From assembly GCF_057098645.1 (NCBI RefSeq), contig NZ_CM169472.1: 64,000 nt of DNA; one strand, 5' to 3'. The notes under the pieces are model-generated. The model was not told the DNA's origin. It did no database searches and saw nothing but the letters and a program-made list of their open reading frames with translations. Position 1 is the first letter of the stretch. Each line of letters opens with the position of its first letter. This document shows, one piece after another, positions 22,031-36,127 of this stretch. The position numbers and the translations under genes were made by a program.

Positions 22031-22732
22031 ATGATTACTACCCGAACTGCCAGGCAGTGTGGACAAGCAGACTACGGATGGTTGCAGGCCCGGTATACTT
22101 TTTCCTTTGGACACTACTTCGACCCGAAATTGTTAGGCTATGCCTCCCTGCGTGTGCTTAACCAGGAAGTGCTGGCCCCAGGTGCCGCCTTTCAGCCGCG
22201 AACCTATCCCAAAGTCGATATTTTAAATGTGATTCTGGATGGAGAAGCAGAGTATCGCGACAGCGAAGGCAATCATGTTCAGGCCAGCGCCGGTGAGGCG
22301 TTGCTGCTCTCTACCCAGCCGGGTGTCAGCTACAGCGAACACAATCTCAGCAAAGACAAACCGTTAACACGAATGCAGCTTTGGCTGGACGCCTGCCCGC
22401 AGCGAGAGAATCCGCTGATTCAAAAACTGGCGCTTAATATGGGCAAGCAGCAATTAATCGCCTCGCCAGAGGGTGCGATGGGAAGCCTGCAATTACGCCA
22501 GCAAGTGTGGCTGCACCATATCGTGCTCGACAAAGGCGAAAGTGCGAATTTCCAGTTGCATGGGCCACGCGCGTATTTGCAATCGATTCACGGGAAATTT
22601 CATGCGCTTACGCATCATGAAGAGAAAGCGGCGCTGACCTGCGGTGATGGGGCGTTTATTCGTGACGAGGCTAACATTACGCTGGTTGCCGATTCCCCAC
22701 TGCGCGCTTTGCTGATAGATTTGCCTGTCTAG
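22031..22732 (+). CDS. yhaK: YhaK, pirin-like bicupin protein
   Basis: 233-aa ORF divergent from yhaJ. Confidence 0.9.
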   Translation: MITTRTARQCGQADYGWLQARYTFSFGHYFDPKLLGYASLRVLNQEVLAPGAAFQPRTYPKVDILNVILDGEAEYRDSEGNHVQASAGEALLLSTQPGVSYSEHNLSKDKPLTRMQLWLDACPQRENPLIQKLALNMGKQQLIASPEGAMGSLQLRQQVWLHHIVLDKGESANFQLHGPRAYLQSIHGKFHALTHHEEKAALTCGDGAFIRDEANITLVADSPLRALLIDLPV

Positions 22733-22751
22733 TTGTTTTTACAGGGAGATG

Positions 22752-22919
22752 ATGATGAGTAAAAAATCGGCCAAAAAGCGCCAGCCAGTGAAGCCCGTGG
22801 TGGCGAAAGAACCTGCTCGCACCGCCAAAAATTTTGGCTATGAAGAGATGTTGAGCGAGCTGGAAGCCATCGTCGCGGATGCTGAAACGCGTTTAGCCGA
22901 GGATGAAGCTACCGCGTAA
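22752..22919 (+). CDS. yhaL: YhaL, small protein (not in the ORF track, below its length cutoff)
   Basis: Read directly from the sequence: atgatgagtaaaaaatcggccaaaaagcgc.. to taa at 22917..22919. Confidence 0.6.
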   Translation: MMSKKSAKKRQPVKPVVAKEPARTAKNFGYEEMLSELEAIVADAETRLAEDEATA

Positions 22920-22927
22920 AGACAGGT

Positions 22928-23031
22928 TGCCGGATGCGGCGAAAACGCCTTATCCGGCCTACAAAATCCAACAACATTAACGAATTAAACAACCCGTAGG
23001 CCGGATAAGATGCGCCAGCATCGCATCCGGC
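22928..23031. repeat. REP/BIME elements
   Basis: gccggatgcggcgaaaacgccttatccggcc and taggccggataagatgcgccagcatcgcatccggca. Confidence 0.6.
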
Positions 23032-23052
23032 ACGATACCCAAAACCTGGCGT

Positions 23053-24363
23053 TTATCTGGCCTTGCTCGCCATAATCTCGATAATCTGCCGATCCGTTTG
23101 CTGCATCGAATGGCTTGCTAACGCACACAGGTTGGCAATCGACTGCTCAACATCATGCGCCACGATCCCTTCATTGCCGGTCACGGCGGTATCATCCAGC
23201 GCCATTAACACCGCTTTCCACGCAGCCGAAGCACTGGTCGAAACCTTCATCGCGCAGCTGTTCGACGCACCATCGCAAATCATGCCGCTGACATCGCCGA
23301 TCATACTGCTGATCGCCATCGAGATGGTTTCATAACGCCCATCCACCAGCCATGCCATCCCGGCGGCGGCCCCCATTGCTGCGGTCGTTGCGGCACACAG
23401 CGCAGACAAACGCGGTAACTGGTTATGGATGTAAATTGCGCTCAAATGAGAAAGCATCAGCGCACGCGCCAGCCGTTCATCATCCGCTCCGAAGTGTTCT
23501 GCTACCACCACCACAGGCATTGTTGCGGTGATCCCCTGGTTACCCGAGCCGGAGTTACTCATAGCCGGAAGCGTAGCGCCGCCCATACGCGCATCGGATG
23601 CCGCGCTGGTACGAATCACAATGGATGAAGAGAGATCTTTCGCCAGCAAACCGCGCGCGCACTGTTTTTCCAGCGTCGCGCCAATATGCAGCCCCCACTT
23701 ACCGCTCAAACCTTCCTGCGATAACGCACAATTTAGCTTCGCAGAATCGAGAATAAAGCGGATCGCCGCAAACGGGACTTCATTGACGAACTTCAGGATC
23801 TCAGCCAGCGTCGTTCTGGAAAGCACCGTCAGCGGAGACTCTTGCTCGCCCTCTGCCACACACGCCTGCTGGGTAAACACCACACCATCGTGCGTCTCAA
23901 TATGCACAATGTTGGTATGCCCGCCGACGATAGTGACACACGCCCACTTCTCACCGTTCCAGACTTTGGCGCGTGAGAAGAGGATTTCATTGCAAGGTTC
24001 CTGGATCTTAACGGAGACTTTCCCCGCCGCCAGCAGTGCTTTGGCATCGGCAATTGCCTGCGCAGTTGCGTCTTTCAGCACTTCCAGCCCGGCGTTGGCA
24101 TTTCCACCTAACGCCCCCAGCGCCGCCGCAATCGGCAGCCCCACCATTCCCGTGCCGGGAACGGTGACGCCCAGACCGTTCTTCATCAGATTTGGCGAAA
24201 CCCAGGCTTCTACACGTTCAACCGGACCTTCCAGTTCTGCCGCAGCAACCGCCGCCGCCAGCGCCAGTGAAATCGGTTCAGTACATCCCAGCGCCGGTTT
24301 TACTTCCTCCTGAACGGCGAGGATGTAACGCTGCCATAACGGATTTAAAGTCGAATCAAACAT
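23053..24363 (-). CDS. cyuA: L-cysteine desulfidase CyuA (YhaM)
   Basis: 436-aa ORF matching YhaM. Confidence 0.85.
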   Translation of the reverse strand: MFDSTLNPLWQRYILAVQEEVKPALGCTEPISLALAAAVAAAELEGPVERVEAWVSPNLMKNGLGVTVPGTGMVGLPIAAALGALGGNANAGLEVLKDATAQAIADAKALLAAGKVSVKIQEPCNEILFSRAKVWNGEKWACVTIVGGHTNIVHIETHDGVVFTQQACVAEGEQESPLTVLSRTTLAEILKFVNEVPFAAIRFILDSAKLNCALSQEGLSGKWGLHIGATLEKQCARGLLAKDLSSSIVIRTSAASDARMGGATLPAMSNSGSGNQGITATMPVVVVAEHFGADDERLARALMLSHLSAIYIHNQLPRLSALCAATTAAMGAAAGMAWLVDGRYETISMAISSMIGDVSGMICDGASNSCAMKVSTSASAAWKAVLMALDDTAVTGNEGIVAHDVEQSIANLCALASHSMQQTDRQIIEIMASKAR

Positions 24364-24390
24364 ATTAAAAACCTTAAAATTTCAGGTAAA

Positions 24391-25722
24391 TCAAGAAAAT
24401 GCCAGGAACGGAGAAACACAAAGCAACAAACCAGTGACGATAATCAGGTACAGAGACATCCCTTTGTATTTGTGCAATGCCGGTACTTTGTAAACCAGCC
24501 ACGCCGGGATCAGGCACCCTACCATGCCGAAAATCGGGCTACAGATAGAGGTGAAGCTCAACACCGGTGCGTTCAGTACGATGGCGCTCCAGGCCAGCAA
24601 AATGGCGAAAATCATGATGCCGCGCTGAACAAGATTTTCGTTAATCTTCTCGGCAGGCATCTTGCGACGCAGGATGTTCATTACGATCCCTTGCGTTGCT
24701 TCGCGAAAGCCTAAATAGACGCCAAAGAATGCAGTCATGACAGCAAAGATATTGAGAATGACGCTGACCACTTTCACCCACGCTGCGCCGTCACCGCTAA
24801 TAAACTGTGCGGCAATCGCCAGCGCGGAAATATTCTGCTCGTAGGCTTTTACCGCTTCGTCATGTCCCATCGCCAGCGTGAACGACACGGCGTAGAAAAA
24901 GACGGTGACAAACAAAATGCCAAACGCGATATTCATTGCCCGCAATGCTTTATGCCGCGCCACTTCAATGGATTTTTCCCGCGAGCGATAAGAGATCACC
25001 ATCGGGCTTAACGTCTGGATAAACAGAATCGACGTCAGGGTAAACGGCAGCGTAATAATGGCGTTTTTCACCAGCAGCCCCAGCGGCGGTAGCGAACCGA
25101 CGTTATACAGATGCCACATTCCCACCATCGACACGCCCAGCGCCGCGACCACCAGCAGCTTGGTCAGCACCATGCCAGTCGAAATTTTGAATAACAATTT
25201 CTCGCCGCGTGAAGAGATCGCCACCAGAATGCAAATCAGTACCAGACCATAAAAGGGACTGTCTGACAGCAACCCTTCCGTCACGCCGAAGGTATGCAGG
25301 TAGGAAGCACTATCGTTGGTGATGGCGGTGGAATAGACGAACATCCAAATCACCAGCATTACGAAATAGAGTGCACCTAACAGGATGCCCCAGTTTTTAC
25401 CTAAATAACCGCTAATGACGCTCGGGTAATCTTTACATTCTGGTGATTCTGCCAGCGTATTAATAAACAATCGCTGAAACAGATACATTGCCGGGTAACC
25501 AATCACCGATGAGAACAAAAATACCCACAATCCCATCAAACCGACCTGCACCGGGAGAAAAACAATCCCCGCGCCAATCGCCATCCCGATACTCATAATC
25601 ACCCAGCCGGTGTCAGTACTGTCGAATTTGATCGCTTCTCGCCACTCGCTCTCACTCATTCCAGCACGACCCGCCGGGGTCGAAGCGTCTGCAATGACGC
25701 CTTTATTCGATGCAATTTCCAT
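24391..25722 (-). CDS. cyuP: Cysteine transporter CyuP (YhaO), HAAAP family
   Basis: 443-aa multi-TM ORF upstream of cyuA. Confidence 0.85.
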   Translation of the reverse strand: MEIASNKGVIADASTPAGRAGMSESEWREAIKFDSTDTGWVIMSIGMAIGAGIVFLPVQVGLMGLWVFLFSSVIGYPAMYLFQRLFINTLAESPECKDYPSVISGYLGKNWGILLGALYFVMLVIWMFVYSTAITNDSASYLHTFGVTEGLLSDSPFYGLVLICILVAISSRGEKLLFKISTGMVLTKLLVVAALGVSMVGMWHLYNVGSLPPLGLLVKNAIITLPFTLTSILFIQTLSPMVISYRSREKSIEVARHKALRAMNIAFGILFVTVFFYAVSFTLAMGHDEAVKAYEQNISALAIAAQFISGDGAAWVKVVSVILNIFAVMTAFFGVYLGFREATQGIVMNILRRKMPAEKINENLVQRGIMIFAILLAWSAIVLNAPVLSFTSICSPIFGMVGCLIPAWLVYKVPALHKYKGMSLYLIIVTGLLLCVSPFLAFS

Positions 25723-25946
25723 AATTTCTCGCTCAATATTTTGTAGGGCTTATTATTTTTTTCCGAGCCGCATCAAGGCGATATGCGGTCTACGTTTTTG
25801 CAGGCGAGTTATTAGAATAAAGAAATGATACGCGCGAGGTCAGAGAAAATCTTCACAATCAAGACTTTGAAATAACGGAGATGGATAAGAATTTTCTACT
25901 AAATTAATCGCAAGAGAATATTCATTCTCTATTTGCGGCAGATCAC

Positions 25947-25973
25947 AAAAAAAAAGGTGCACATTTGTGCACC
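25947..25973 (-). terminator. Rho-independent terminator after tdcG (minus strand)
   Basis: ggtgcaca tt tgtgcacc preceded on the plus strand by an A9 run. Confidence 0.6.
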
Positions 25974-25997
25974 CAAGGATGAAAGCTGACAGCAATG

Positions 25998-27362
25998 TCA
26001 GCCGCAGACCACTTTAATGGCCAGTCCTCCGCGTGATGTTTCGCGGTATTTATCGTTCATATCTTTGCCGGTTTCATACATCGTCTCGATCACTTTATCG
26101 AGTGAAACACGCGGTGCCGAGGTGCGGCGCATCGCCATCCGCGCGGCGTTTACTGCTTTCACGGCATTAATGGCATTACGTTCAATGCACGGGATTTGTA
26201 CCTGTCCGGCAACCGGATCGCAGGTCAGCCCAAGGTTATGCTCCATCGCGATTTCCGCCGCATTGCATACCTGCGCCGGACTGCCGCCCAGTAGTTCAGT
26301 TAACCCTGCCGCCGCCATTGAACAGGCCACGCCAATCTCCCCCTGACAGCCGACCTCCGCGCCAGAGATGGAGGCGTTCATTTTATACAGCGCGCCAATA
26401 GCCCCGGCTGCAAGAAAATAGCGGGCAATTGACCGCTCGTTTACCGGACGACGGAACTTATCGTAATAAGCCAGCACTGCCGGAATAATGCCGCACGCAC
26501 CGTTAGTCGGTGCCGTTACCACGCGCCCGCCAGCTGCGTTTTCTTCACTAACCGCCAGCGCGTACATGTTGATCCAGTCGATGACATTCATCGGATCGTT
26601 AGAGATGTTATCGCTGGAAACCAGCTGACGACGCAGCGCTACGGCACGGCGCGGCACATTGAGCGGACCAGGCAGCACGCCTTCAGTGTTCATCCCGCGT
26701 TCAATACCGTCATGCATCACTTGCCAGATACGGGCAAAACCGGCGTCAATTTCCGCTTTGCTGCGCAGCGCTAGCTCGTTGTGCATCATCAGGCCAGAAA
26801 TAGACAGGCCGTTGTAATCACACATTTTCAGCAGTTCACCTGCTGAGTGGAAATCGTAAGGTACGGACGTTTCGACATCGTGCGACAGGCCGAAGTGTTC
26901 TTCTTCGACAATAAACCCGCCGCCGACAGAGTAATAGGTTTTACTTAATAGCTCTTCCTGTGCCTTCCAGGCAGTGATCCGCATTCCGTTCTCATGGCGA
27001 GGCAACATTTCGGGATGGAAGATAATGTTCTTTGCTACAGGAAAATCAACAATATGCGCACCAGATGCCACTGGCAGCCGCCCGCTGCGCGTTACTAACT
27101 CTATAAATGCAGGGATCTCATCAATGACAACATCCTGCGGACTGTTTCCTGCCAGTCCCATGATGATGGCGACATCCGTGGCATGGCCTTTGCCCGTCAG
27201 TGACAACGACCCGTACAGATCGACCACAATATGGCTCGTCGCGGTTAATAAGCCGCTACTTTCCAGCCGATCAATAAAACTTTTTCCGGCATTCATTGGC
27301 CCCACGGTATGCGAACTGGAGGGACCAATCCCAATTTTGAAAATATCGAATGCACTAATCAT
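25998..27362 (-). CDS. tdcG: L-serine dehydratase TdcG
   Basis: ORF 25998..27368 trimmed to [19 protein letters not shown].. Confidence 0.9.
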   Translation of the reverse strand: MISAFDIFKIGIGPSSSHTVGPMNAGKSFIDRLESSGLLTATSHIVVDLYGSLSLTGKGHATDVAIIMGLAGNSPQDVVIDEIPAFIELVTRSGRLPVASGAHIVDFPVAKNIIFHPEMLPRHENGMRITAWKAQEELLSKTYYSVGGGFIVEEEHFGLSHDVETSVPYDFHSAGELLKMCDYNGLSISGLMMHNELALRSKAEIDAGFARIWQVMHDGIERGMNTEGVLPGPLNVPRRAVALRRQLVSSDNISNDPMNVIDWINMYALAVSEENAAGGRVVTAPTNGACGIIPAVLAYYDKFRRPVNERSIARYFLAAGAIGALYKMNASISGAEVGCQGEIGVACSMAAAGLTELLGGSPAQVCNAAEIAMEHNLGLTCDPVAGQVQIPCIERNAINAVKAVNAARMAMRRTSAPRVSLDKVIETMYETGKDMNDKYRETSRGGLAIKVVCG

Positions 27363-27433
27363 ATCCACACCCTCGGATTGCCGTTCAGTGAAGTGGAGCG
27401 GAACGACCTTACGACCGTCCCGCTCACGAGGCT

Positions 27434-27823
27434 TTACGCACTACGTACTGCGATAGCTTCAATTTCCAGCTTCACATCTTTCGGCAAACGCGCGACCTGT
27501 ACACAGCTCCGGGTCGGGTAGGTCGCCTGATGCTCATCGAAGAACTGCTTATAGACTTCGTTGATGGTGGCAAAATCATTCAGATCGGTGATGAACACGG
27601 TCATCTTGATGATATCGCCCACGCTCAGCCCGGCAGCAACCACGATCGCTTTGACGTTTTCGAGGCTTAAACGCGCCTGATCTTGCACATCAGCCGGGAT
27701 CTCACCGGTCTGTGGGCAAACCGGAATTTGACCGGAGGTGAAGACCATGCTGCCTAAATCAACGCCCTGAACATAAGGGCCGATTGCGCCTGGGGCACGT
27801 TGCGTTTCGATAATCTTTTTCAT
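27434..27823 (-). CDS. tdcF: TdcF, RidA-family enamine/imine deaminase
   Basis: ORF 27434..27886 trimmed to MKKIIETQRAPGAIGPY.. (129 aa). Confidence 0.9.
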   Translation of the reverse strand: MKKIIETQRAPGAIGPYVQGVDLGSMVFTSGQIPVCPQTGEIPADVQDQARLSLENVKAIVVAAGLSVGDIIKMTVFITDLNDFATINEVYKQFFDEHQATYPTRSCVQVARLPKDVKLEIEAIAVRSA

Positions 27824-27836
27824 ACATCCTCCGGCG

Positions 27837-30131
27837 TCAGAGCGCCTGGGTAAAGGTACGTGAAATAACATCCTGCTGCTGTTCACGGGTCAGTGCGTTG
27901 AAGCGCACGGCGTAGCCAGAGACACGGATTGTCAGGTTAGGATATTTTTCCGGGTGCTCGATGGCATCCAGCAGCATTTCCCGATTCATTACGTTGACGT
28001 TGAGGTGTTGACCGCCTTCGACATCCGCTTCGTGGTGGAAATACCCATCCAGCAGGCCGACAAGGTTGGTTTTACGTACTGGATCTTCTTTGCCCAGCGC
28101 CGCAGGCACAATCGAGAAGGTGTACGAGATCCCGTCTTTAGCGTAGGTGAACGGCAGTTTCGCCACCGACGTCAATGAGGCCACGGCACCTTTGCGGTCA
28201 CGACCATGCATCGGGTTAGCGCCCGGCGCGAACGGTGTTCCGGCGCGACGACCGTCCGGCGTGTTACCGGTTTTCTGGCCGTACACCACGTTAGAAGTGA
28301 TAGTCAGAATCGACTGGGTAGGGACGGCGTTGCGATAGGTTGGCAGCGCTTTAATTTTCTTCATAAAACGTTCAACCAGGTCGCAGGCAATGCTGTCTAC
28401 GCGCTCGTCGTTGTTGCCGTACTGCGGATATTCACCGTCGATTTCAAAGTCCACCGCCAGGCCGTTTTCGTCACGGATTGGTTTCACGCGGGCATATTTG
28501 ATGGCAGACAGGGAGTCCGTTGCCACCGACAGGCCCGCGATGCCGCACGCCATGGTGCGATAGACATCACGATCGTGCAGCGCCATCAGCGAAGCTTCGT
28601 AGCTGTACTTGTCGTGCATGTAGTGAATGATATTCAGCGCGCTGATGTACTGCACCGCCAGCCAGTCCATGAAGTGATCGAGGCTGTCCATCACTTTGTC
28701 GTAATCCAGCACATCGTCCATCAACGGTGCTGTTTTCGGCCCGACCTGAATCTTCAGCTTCTCGTCCACCCCGCCGTTAATTGCGTAGAGCAGCGTTTTC
28801 GCCAGGTTAGCGCGTGCACCAAAGAACTGCATTTGCTTACCAATCACCATCGGGCTAACGCAGCAGGCAATCGCGTAATCGTCGCTGTTGAAGTCAGTAC
28901 GCATCAGATCGTCGTTTTCATACTGCAAGGAAGAGGTGACGATCGACACCTGCGCGGCATATTTTTTGAAGGCAATCGGTAATTCTTCCGACCAAAGAAT
29001 GGTCAGGTTAGGTTCCGGAGCCGGCCCCATAGTGTGCAGGGTGTGCAAATAGCGGAAGGAGTTTTTGGTCACCAACGTACGACCGTCCAGCCCCATCCCG
29101 CCGATCACTTCCGTCGCCCAGATTGGGTCGCCGGAGAACAGCGAATCAAATTCCGGTGTACGCAGGAAGCGTACCATACGGATCTTCATGATGAAGTGAT
29201 CGATCAGTTCCTGTGCCTGCTGCTCATTGAGGACGCCAGCTTTAAAGTCGCGCTCAATGTAGATATCGAGGAACGATGCCGTGCGCCCCAGCGACATCGC
29301 GCCGCCATTTTGCGATTTCACTGCCGCCAGATAAGCGAAGTAGAGCCACTGCACCGCTTCCTGTGCATTCTGCGCCGGGCGAGAGATATCAAAGCCATAT
29401 TTCGCCGCCATTTCCTGAATCTGCAACAGCGCATGACGATGCTCTGCCAGCTCCTCACGCAGACGGATGGTGGCTTCCAGATCCTCGCCTTTTTCCAGAC
29501 GAGACTGGAGATCGGCAAATTGCAGTTCGCGTTCACGCACCAGATAACTGATGCCATACAGCGCTACGCGGCGATAGTCACCGATAATGCGCCCACGACC
29601 ATAGCCATCTGGTAAACCGGTCAGCACGCCAGATTTACGGCAGCGCAGCATATCCGGTGAGTAAACATCAAATACGCCCTGGTTATGGGTTTTACGCAGA
29701 TCGGTAAACAGATATTCAAATTCACTGTCCATCTCACGACCATAGGCGTGGAATGAACTTTTAATCATATTAATGCCACCGAACGGGTGTAACGCACGTT
29801 TCAACGGCGCATCCGTTTGCAGGCCAACAATTTTTTCCAGCGGCTGGTTAATATATCCCGCATCATGAGCGGTAATTGTGGTGGCAATATTGGTATCGAA
29901 ATCAACCGGCGCGTGGGTTGCGTTTTCGATACGGATGCCTTCCATTACTTTTTCCCACAATTCCGTGGTGGCAGGCGTCGCTTCGGCGAGAAAAGATTCA
30001 TCGCCTTCATAAGGTGTATAGTTATGTTGAATAAAATCGCGGACATTAATTTCGCTTTTCCAGTCCGTACCTTTAAAGCCAAGCCATGCGTCGGCGTACA
30101 GCTTATCGCTGGTATCAATATCTACCTTCAT
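27837..30131 (-). CDS. tdcE: 2-ketobutyrate/pyruvate formate-lyase TdcE (glycyl radical enzyme)
   Basis: 764-aa ORF with C-terminal glycyl-radical motif RVSGYAV. Confidence 0.95.
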   Translation of the reverse strand: MKVDIDTSDKLYADAWLGFKGTDWKSEINVRDFIQHNYTPYEGDESFLAEATPATTELWEKVMEGIRIENATHAPVDFDTNIATTITAHDAGYINQPLEKIVGLQTDAPLKRALHPFGGINMIKSSFHAYGREMDSEFEYLFTDLRKTHNQGVFDVYSPDMLRCRKSGVLTGLPDGYGRGRIIGDYRRVALYGISYLVRERELQFADLQSRLEKGEDLEATIRLREELAEHRHALLQIQEMAAKYGFDISRPAQNAQEAVQWLYFAYLAAVKSQNGGAMSLGRTASFLDIYIERDFKAGVLNEQQAQELIDHFIMKIRMVRFLRTPEFDSLFSGDPIWATEVIGGMGLDGRTLVTKNSFRYLHTLHTMGPAPEPNLTILWSEELPIAFKKYAAQVSIVTSSLQYENDDLMRTDFNSDDYAIACCVSPMVIGKQMQFFGARANLAKTLLYAINGGVDEKLKIQVGPKTAPLMDDVLDYDKVMDSLDHFMDWLAVQYISALNIIHYMHDKYSYEASLMALHDRDVYRTMACGIAGLSVATDSLSAIKYARVKPIRDENGLAVDFEIDGEYPQYGNNDERVDSIACDLVERFMKKIKALPTYRNAVPTQSILTITSNVVYGQKTGNTPDGRRAGTPFAPGANPMHGRDRKGAVASLTSVAKLPFTYAKDGISYTFSIVPAALGKEDPVRKTNLVGLLDGYFHHEADVEGGQHLNVNVMNREMLLDAIEHPEKYPNLTIRVSGYAVRFNALTREQQQDVISRTFTQAL

Positions 30132-30164
30132 GAAAAATAATCTCTCTACAATACTTCAACTAAA

Positions 30165-31373
30165 TTATGCAAATTCTGCGGGCGCGTTAACTTTGCCTAA
30201 ATGAATGGCATCCAAAGCAATCATTTTTTCTTCGTTAGTCGGAATAACAGCGCAAATGACACGCGCATTTTCACTGGAAACAATTCGCTCACCACAGGAG
30301 TTAGAGCGATTATTCATTTCTGTATCAATCTCTACGCCTAATACAGCCAAATGTTCCATGACCAGACGACGAATTAAACTTGAATTCTCTCCTATTCCGC
30401 CGGTGAATATAATTCCATCCAGCCGACGTAATGAAGCTGCGTGTCCGGCAATATGACGGGCGATTCGGTGAACAAAGGTTTTAATTGCCAGTTGCGCGCG
30501 TTCGTGACCTTCATGCCAGGCTTTTTCCAGAACACGTAAATCCGAAGAAAGACCGGAAATACCTAATAATCCCGACTCTTTATTCACTACGCGTTCCAGG
30601 TCACCCAGGCTCTGGTTGGTTTGGCTGGCGACCCAGGATATCGCACCAAAGTCGACATCGCCACTGCGGGTACCCATCATCAAGCCTTCCAGCGGCGTCA
30701 TTCCCATTGAGGTGTCAACACTCTGACCGTTGCGAACTGCGCAGATTGACGCGCCATTGCCAAGATGCGCCACAACCAGGCCGGAGTCATCTTCCGCCAG
30801 ATTCAGCAGCGAATGTGCGCGCTGGGAAACATAGCGGTGCGACGTGCCGTGGAAACCATAACGGCGTACACCTAACTCTTCATAATATTTCCACGGCAGG
30901 CCGTATAAATAAGCTTCCGGAGCCATCGTCTGGTGGAAACTGGTATCAAATACAGCCACCTGAGTTACGCCCGGAAATAATTGCTGCGCCGATTCAATAC
31001 CACTTAAATTGGCGTAATTATGCAGGGGTGCCAGTGGAGAAACGCGACGGATATTATCAATGACTTCATCGGTAATAATGGCGGACTCGGTAAAAATACT
31101 GCCGCCGTGAGCGATGCGGTGGCCAATTAAGGCCACGCTGTCATTTAAATTCCGTTTTTCCAGTTCAAATGCAATTGCCTTCAATGCACCTTCGTAGCTG
31201 TGGTGAGCCAGCGGTGCTGGCTCTCCCCCATTTACGGATAAGAATGCATTTTCCGAGTTAATACCGTCGGCAATACCTGACATTAATACTTCACAGTCGC
31301 TGGCATCGAGTACGGAAAACTTAATCGAAGACGAACCACAGTTAATAACCAAAACAACCGGAAATTCATTCAT
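30165..31373 (-). CDS. tdcD: Propionate/acetate kinase TdcD
   Basis: ORF 30165..31385 trimmed to [19 protein letters not shown].. Confidence 0.9.
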   Translation of the reverse strand: MNEFPVVLVINCGSSSIKFSVLDASDCEVLMSGIADGINSENAFLSVNGGEPAPLAHHSYEGALKAIAFELEKRNLNDSVALIGHRIAHGGSIFTESAIITDEVIDNIRRVSPLAPLHNYANLSGIESAQQLFPGVTQVAVFDTSFHQTMAPEAYLYGLPWKYYEELGVRRYGFHGTSHRYVSQRAHSLLNLAEDDSGLVVAHLGNGASICAVRNGQSVDTSMGMTPLEGLMMGTRSGDVDFGAISWVASQTNQSLGDLERVVNKESGLLGISGLSSDLRVLEKAWHEGHERAQLAIKTFVHRIARHIAGHAASLRRLDGIIFTGGIGENSSLIRRLVMEHLAVLGVEIDTEMNNRSNSCGERIVSSENARVICAVIPTNEEKMIALDAIHLGKVNAPAEFA

Positions 31374-31398
31374 CTCTTTTCTCATCCTGAGTTACGGA

Positions 31399-32733
<1,335 letters not shown>

Positions 32734-32751
32734 CTATCCTCAACGAATTAA

Positions 32752-33741
32752 TTAAGCGTCAACGAAACCGGTGATTTGAGAGACGCGAGAAAGATCGATA
32801 TTGCCGCCGGAAATAATACTGACGGTTTTTCTGTTTTGAATATATTGGTCTAATTTACCGCTTAATAATGCAGCACATGCCAGAGCGCCTGCGCCTTCGG
32901 TGACGACTTTATTGCGCTGAATTAAGGCAATCATACTGTTTCTGATTTCGTCTTCGCTGACCAGCACGATGTCATCGACTAATTCACGAACGATTTCGTA
33001 AGTTAAATTACCCGGGCGGGAGACATCACAACCATCCGCCAGGGTGCCGGTAGTTCGGTGCGTGGTTATTTCTCCGGAGTGGAAAGAAGCCGCCATGCCG
33101 TGAACGTTTTCTGACTGTACGCCAATAACACGAATGGTCGGGTTAATAGATTTAATTGCCACCGCAATACCAGCAATTAAACCGCCACCACCAATTGGCA
33201 CAATCACGTTATCGACATCATAGAGATCTTCCATAATTTCCAGACCAATCGTTCCCTGGCCAGCAATCACTTTCGGATCATCATAAGGTGGGATAAAAAT
33301 ACGGCCTTCCATTTCGACAATTTCGCTCACTTTAGCGATAGTGTCGTTGAAGTTATCACCATGCAGAACGACTTCTGCGGAGTAGTCGCACGTTGCCGCT
33401 ACTTTGGATTTTGGCGCACCTTTTGGCATCACCACTTTACCGTCGATACCCAGCATCGCGCAGGAGAGGGAAACCCCTTGCGCATGGTTGCCCGCAGAAC
33501 AGGCCACCACGCCTTTACGTTTTTCCGCATCGGTCAGTGAACTTAATTTATTAAATGCGCCACGAATTTTAAATGAACCCGTACGCTGCATATTTTCAAA
33601 CTTCAGGAATATTTCACCTTTGCAACGTTCACTAAAATAGTTGGAGCGAGGCATGCCTGTTTTATAAATTCGCCCAGCCAGTCGTTGTTTCGCTTCAATA
33701 ATGTCATCAATAGCAACCGGCAGATCGTATGTAATATGCAT
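32752..33741 (-). CDS. tdcB: Catabolic threonine dehydratase TdcB (PLP)
   Basis: 329-aa ORF; PLP-lysine motif SFKIRGA. Confidence 0.95.
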
Positions 33742-33839
33742 TATAAAACCTCTTCGCCTGAATTAAATATGTAGGTAACCGTAACCGACACCTGCAAGAC
33801 AGACAGGTGGATTATTTATGTTTAAATAAAAACAAATAA

Positions 33840-34778
33840 CTAACCAACTTCTATTAATTGCCTTCGTCTACACCCATTATAAGATGAATACTCTTTGGCT
33901 AATTCCACCAAAACCGATGCTGCTTTTTTAATACGATAATTTTTCGACCATACCGCGGCATATTGTGCCACAGGTAATGTTTCTTCAACCGGAATAGTAA
34001 TAAATTGATTAGAACCAAAAGGTGACGTCATATCACAAGGAATTACAGTTAAGAAATCAGCATTGAGAACAAGATTATAAATTGTCACGACTGAGTCGGT
34101 TTTAACGATGTTTTCAATACTGATGCCATTTCTTTGTAACGTAGTAAGCAGTTCGCTGTAGTACCCCATATTGGTTTGTGGCAACACCCACTGTTCGTTC
34201 TTCAACGACTCCAGCGTGGTGGTGCCGGTGCATGTTCGGGACTTACTGGCTACCAGCACAAACTCGGACTCGAACAGCGCCTCAACATGTAAATCCTGAA
34301 GCTTCATTTCTGTGCTTAACGTACCAATCGCAAAATCAAGTCGACCGTCGCGGATTGCCGGTAAGAACGAAGACAGTTGCGCTTCATACATAGAAACCTG
34401 CGCTTTTGGGAACACCTCTTTGAACTTATTGATCATCCCTGACATAAAAGTAAAACCAATCAATGAAGGAAAACCAAATGAGACTTCCACCACCGCCTCA
34501 GAAGACATACCGCTTATCTCATTAACCATATTTTTCATTTCACGGGTAATGGATTCGGAACGGGAGAGTAACAATTGACCGGCAGGTGTTAATGTTACAC
34601 CGGTATTTTTCCGCACCACTAATTCCACACCAAAATAATCTTCAATATCGTTAATGATTTTACTGACGGCTGGTTGAGTTAACCCTAATTCTTTTGCAGC
34701 CGAGCCGATAGAGCCACTTCTAATGACTTCCTGAAAGACTACCAGGTGCTGCGTTTTCGGAAGAAGAATAGTGCTCAT
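33840..34778 (-). CDS. tdcA: TdcA, LysR-type activator of the tdc operon
   Basis: 312-aa ORF with HTH. Confidence 0.9.
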   Translation of the reverse strand: MSTILLPKTQHLVVFQEVIRSGSIGSAAKELGLTQPAVSKIINDIEDYFGVELVVRKNTGVTLTPAGQLLLSRSESITREMKNMVNEISGMSSEAVVEVSFGFPSLIGFTFMSGMINKFKEVFPKAQVSMYEAQLSSFLPAIRDGRLDFAIGTLSTEMKLQDLHVEALFESEFVLVASKSRTCTGTTTLESLKNEQWVLPQTNMGYYSELLTTLQRNGISIENIVKTDSVVTIYNLVLNADFLTVIPCDMTSPFGSNQFITIPVEETLPVAQYAAVWSKNYRIKKAASVLVELAKEYSSYNGCRRRQLIEVG

Positions 34779-34841
34779 AACGACCTACGTTAATTACCTC
34801 ATTGACGGCATGAAGTGTATCAAAATGAAATGAACAGGATA

Positions 34842-34857
34842 TGTGCGACCACTCACA
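34842..34857. promoter_or_regulatory. CRP-like site TGTGC-N6-TCACA in the tdc promoter region
   Basis: tgtgcgaccactcaca about 65 bp upstream of the tdcA start; fits the consensus TGTGA-N6-TCACA. Confidence 0.5.
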
Positions 34858-34966
34858 AATTAACTTTCAATACTTTCCAGAGTATCGTCATGTCAATTAA
34901 ATGCCTTTAAATATCAACAAGTTAAAGTATAAAAATCAGCATAAACCCTGATTTTTGTCAAAAAAA

Positions 34967-35311
34967 ATGACGGGGATAACCATATTTTATGGCGATAACA
35001 TCATTCGTTATGTGGTTAATACAAAAAAGAGGCTGAGACCATATTTCAAGCAATTACCGGATAATTACCAGGCAAAATTTGAGTTAAATTTAATGAGCAA
35101 GTTCTCAAATTTTATTATAAATAAACCATTTTCAGCGATAAATAATGCGGCACGTCACATTTTTTCACGCTATTTGTTGGAGAACAAACAATTATTTTAT
35201 CAATATTTTAAAATTTCGAATACAGGTATTGATCATCTCGAACAATTGATTAACGTCAACTTTTTCTCTTCTGACAGGACGTCATTTTGTGAATGCAATC
35301 GTTTTCCATAA
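34967..35311 (+). CDS. tdcR: TdcR, small activator of tdc (start codon uncertain)
   Basis: AT-rich ORF 34955..35311 divergent from tdcA. Confidence 0.6.
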   Translation: MTGITIFYGDNIIRYVVNTKKRLRPYFKQLPDNYQAKFELNLMSKFSNFIINKPFSAINNAARHIFSRYLLENKQLFYQYFKISNTGIDHLEQLINVNFFSSDRTSFCECNRFP

Positions 35312-35566
35312 ATTCTTCTCCCCTCATAGGCGACGAATAGCATTTTGTGTTGAGGATCACAAAATGAATAATTGCTGGTCGCCGCGATAAGGTCAGACAA
35401 AGACAACAAGGGAAATTTTCACAGAGCTTTTGATCGGCGTAGGCCACAGAATGTTGCTTCGTTTACTGTAACGCCGGGTAAATGAGCGTTTTTTGATAGT
35501 GCGAAAGAACCCTGCGAGGAAAATAAGCATCTATTATTGTTTGTCATGATGACAAGGCAGGCATCA

Positions 35567-36106
35567 ATGAAAGGCTTCCCAATTGCACATATTTTTCACC
35601 CTTCAATCCCACCAATGCATGCAGTGGTTAACAATCACAATAGAAATATTGATTATTGGACGGTAAAAAGAAAGTTTGCAGAAATTGTCTCCACCAATGA
35701 CGTTAATAAAATATACAGTATAAGTAATGAACTGCGGAGAGTATTATCTGCAATTACTGCATTGAATTTCTATCAAGGCGATGTTCCTTCTGTCATGATC
35801 CGAATCCAACCGGAAAATATGAGTCCATTCATCATAGATATTTCTACAGGAGAACATGATGATTATATCATACAAACATTAGATGTAGGCACTTTTGCAC
35901 CTTTTGGCGAACAATGTACTTGCTCAGCCGTCAATAAAAAAGAGCTGGAATGTATTAAGGAGACGATTTCTAAGTATTGTGCAAAATTCACCCGAAAAGA
36001 AGCCATCTTAACACCCCTTGTGCACTTTAATAAAACCAGCATTACTTCAGATTGTTGGCAAATTCTCTTTTTTTCACCCGATCATTTTAATAATGATTTT
36101 TATTGA
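35567..36106 (+). CDS. yhaB: YhaB, uncharacterized protein in an AT-rich island
   Basis: ORF 35537..36106; start chosen at MKGFPIAHIF. Confidence 0.7.
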   Translation: MKGFPIAHIFHPSIPPMHAVVNNHNRNIDYWTVKRKFAEIVSTNDVNKIYSISNELRRVLSAITALNFYQGDVPSVMIRIQPENMSPFIIDISTGEHDDYIIQTLDVGTFAPFGEQCTCSAVNKKELECIKETISKYCAKFTRKEAILTPLVHFNKTSITSDCWQILFFSPDHFNNDFY

Positions 36107-36127
36107 TTATTTATAAAGGATAAAATA

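Noticed and set aside
28206-28982. 258-aa plus-strand ORF antisense to tdcE (similar ones at 23528..24313 in cyuA and 29034..29615 in tdcE)
   Set aside because: Antisense to strongly supported genes, with compositionally biased translations; treated as spurious.
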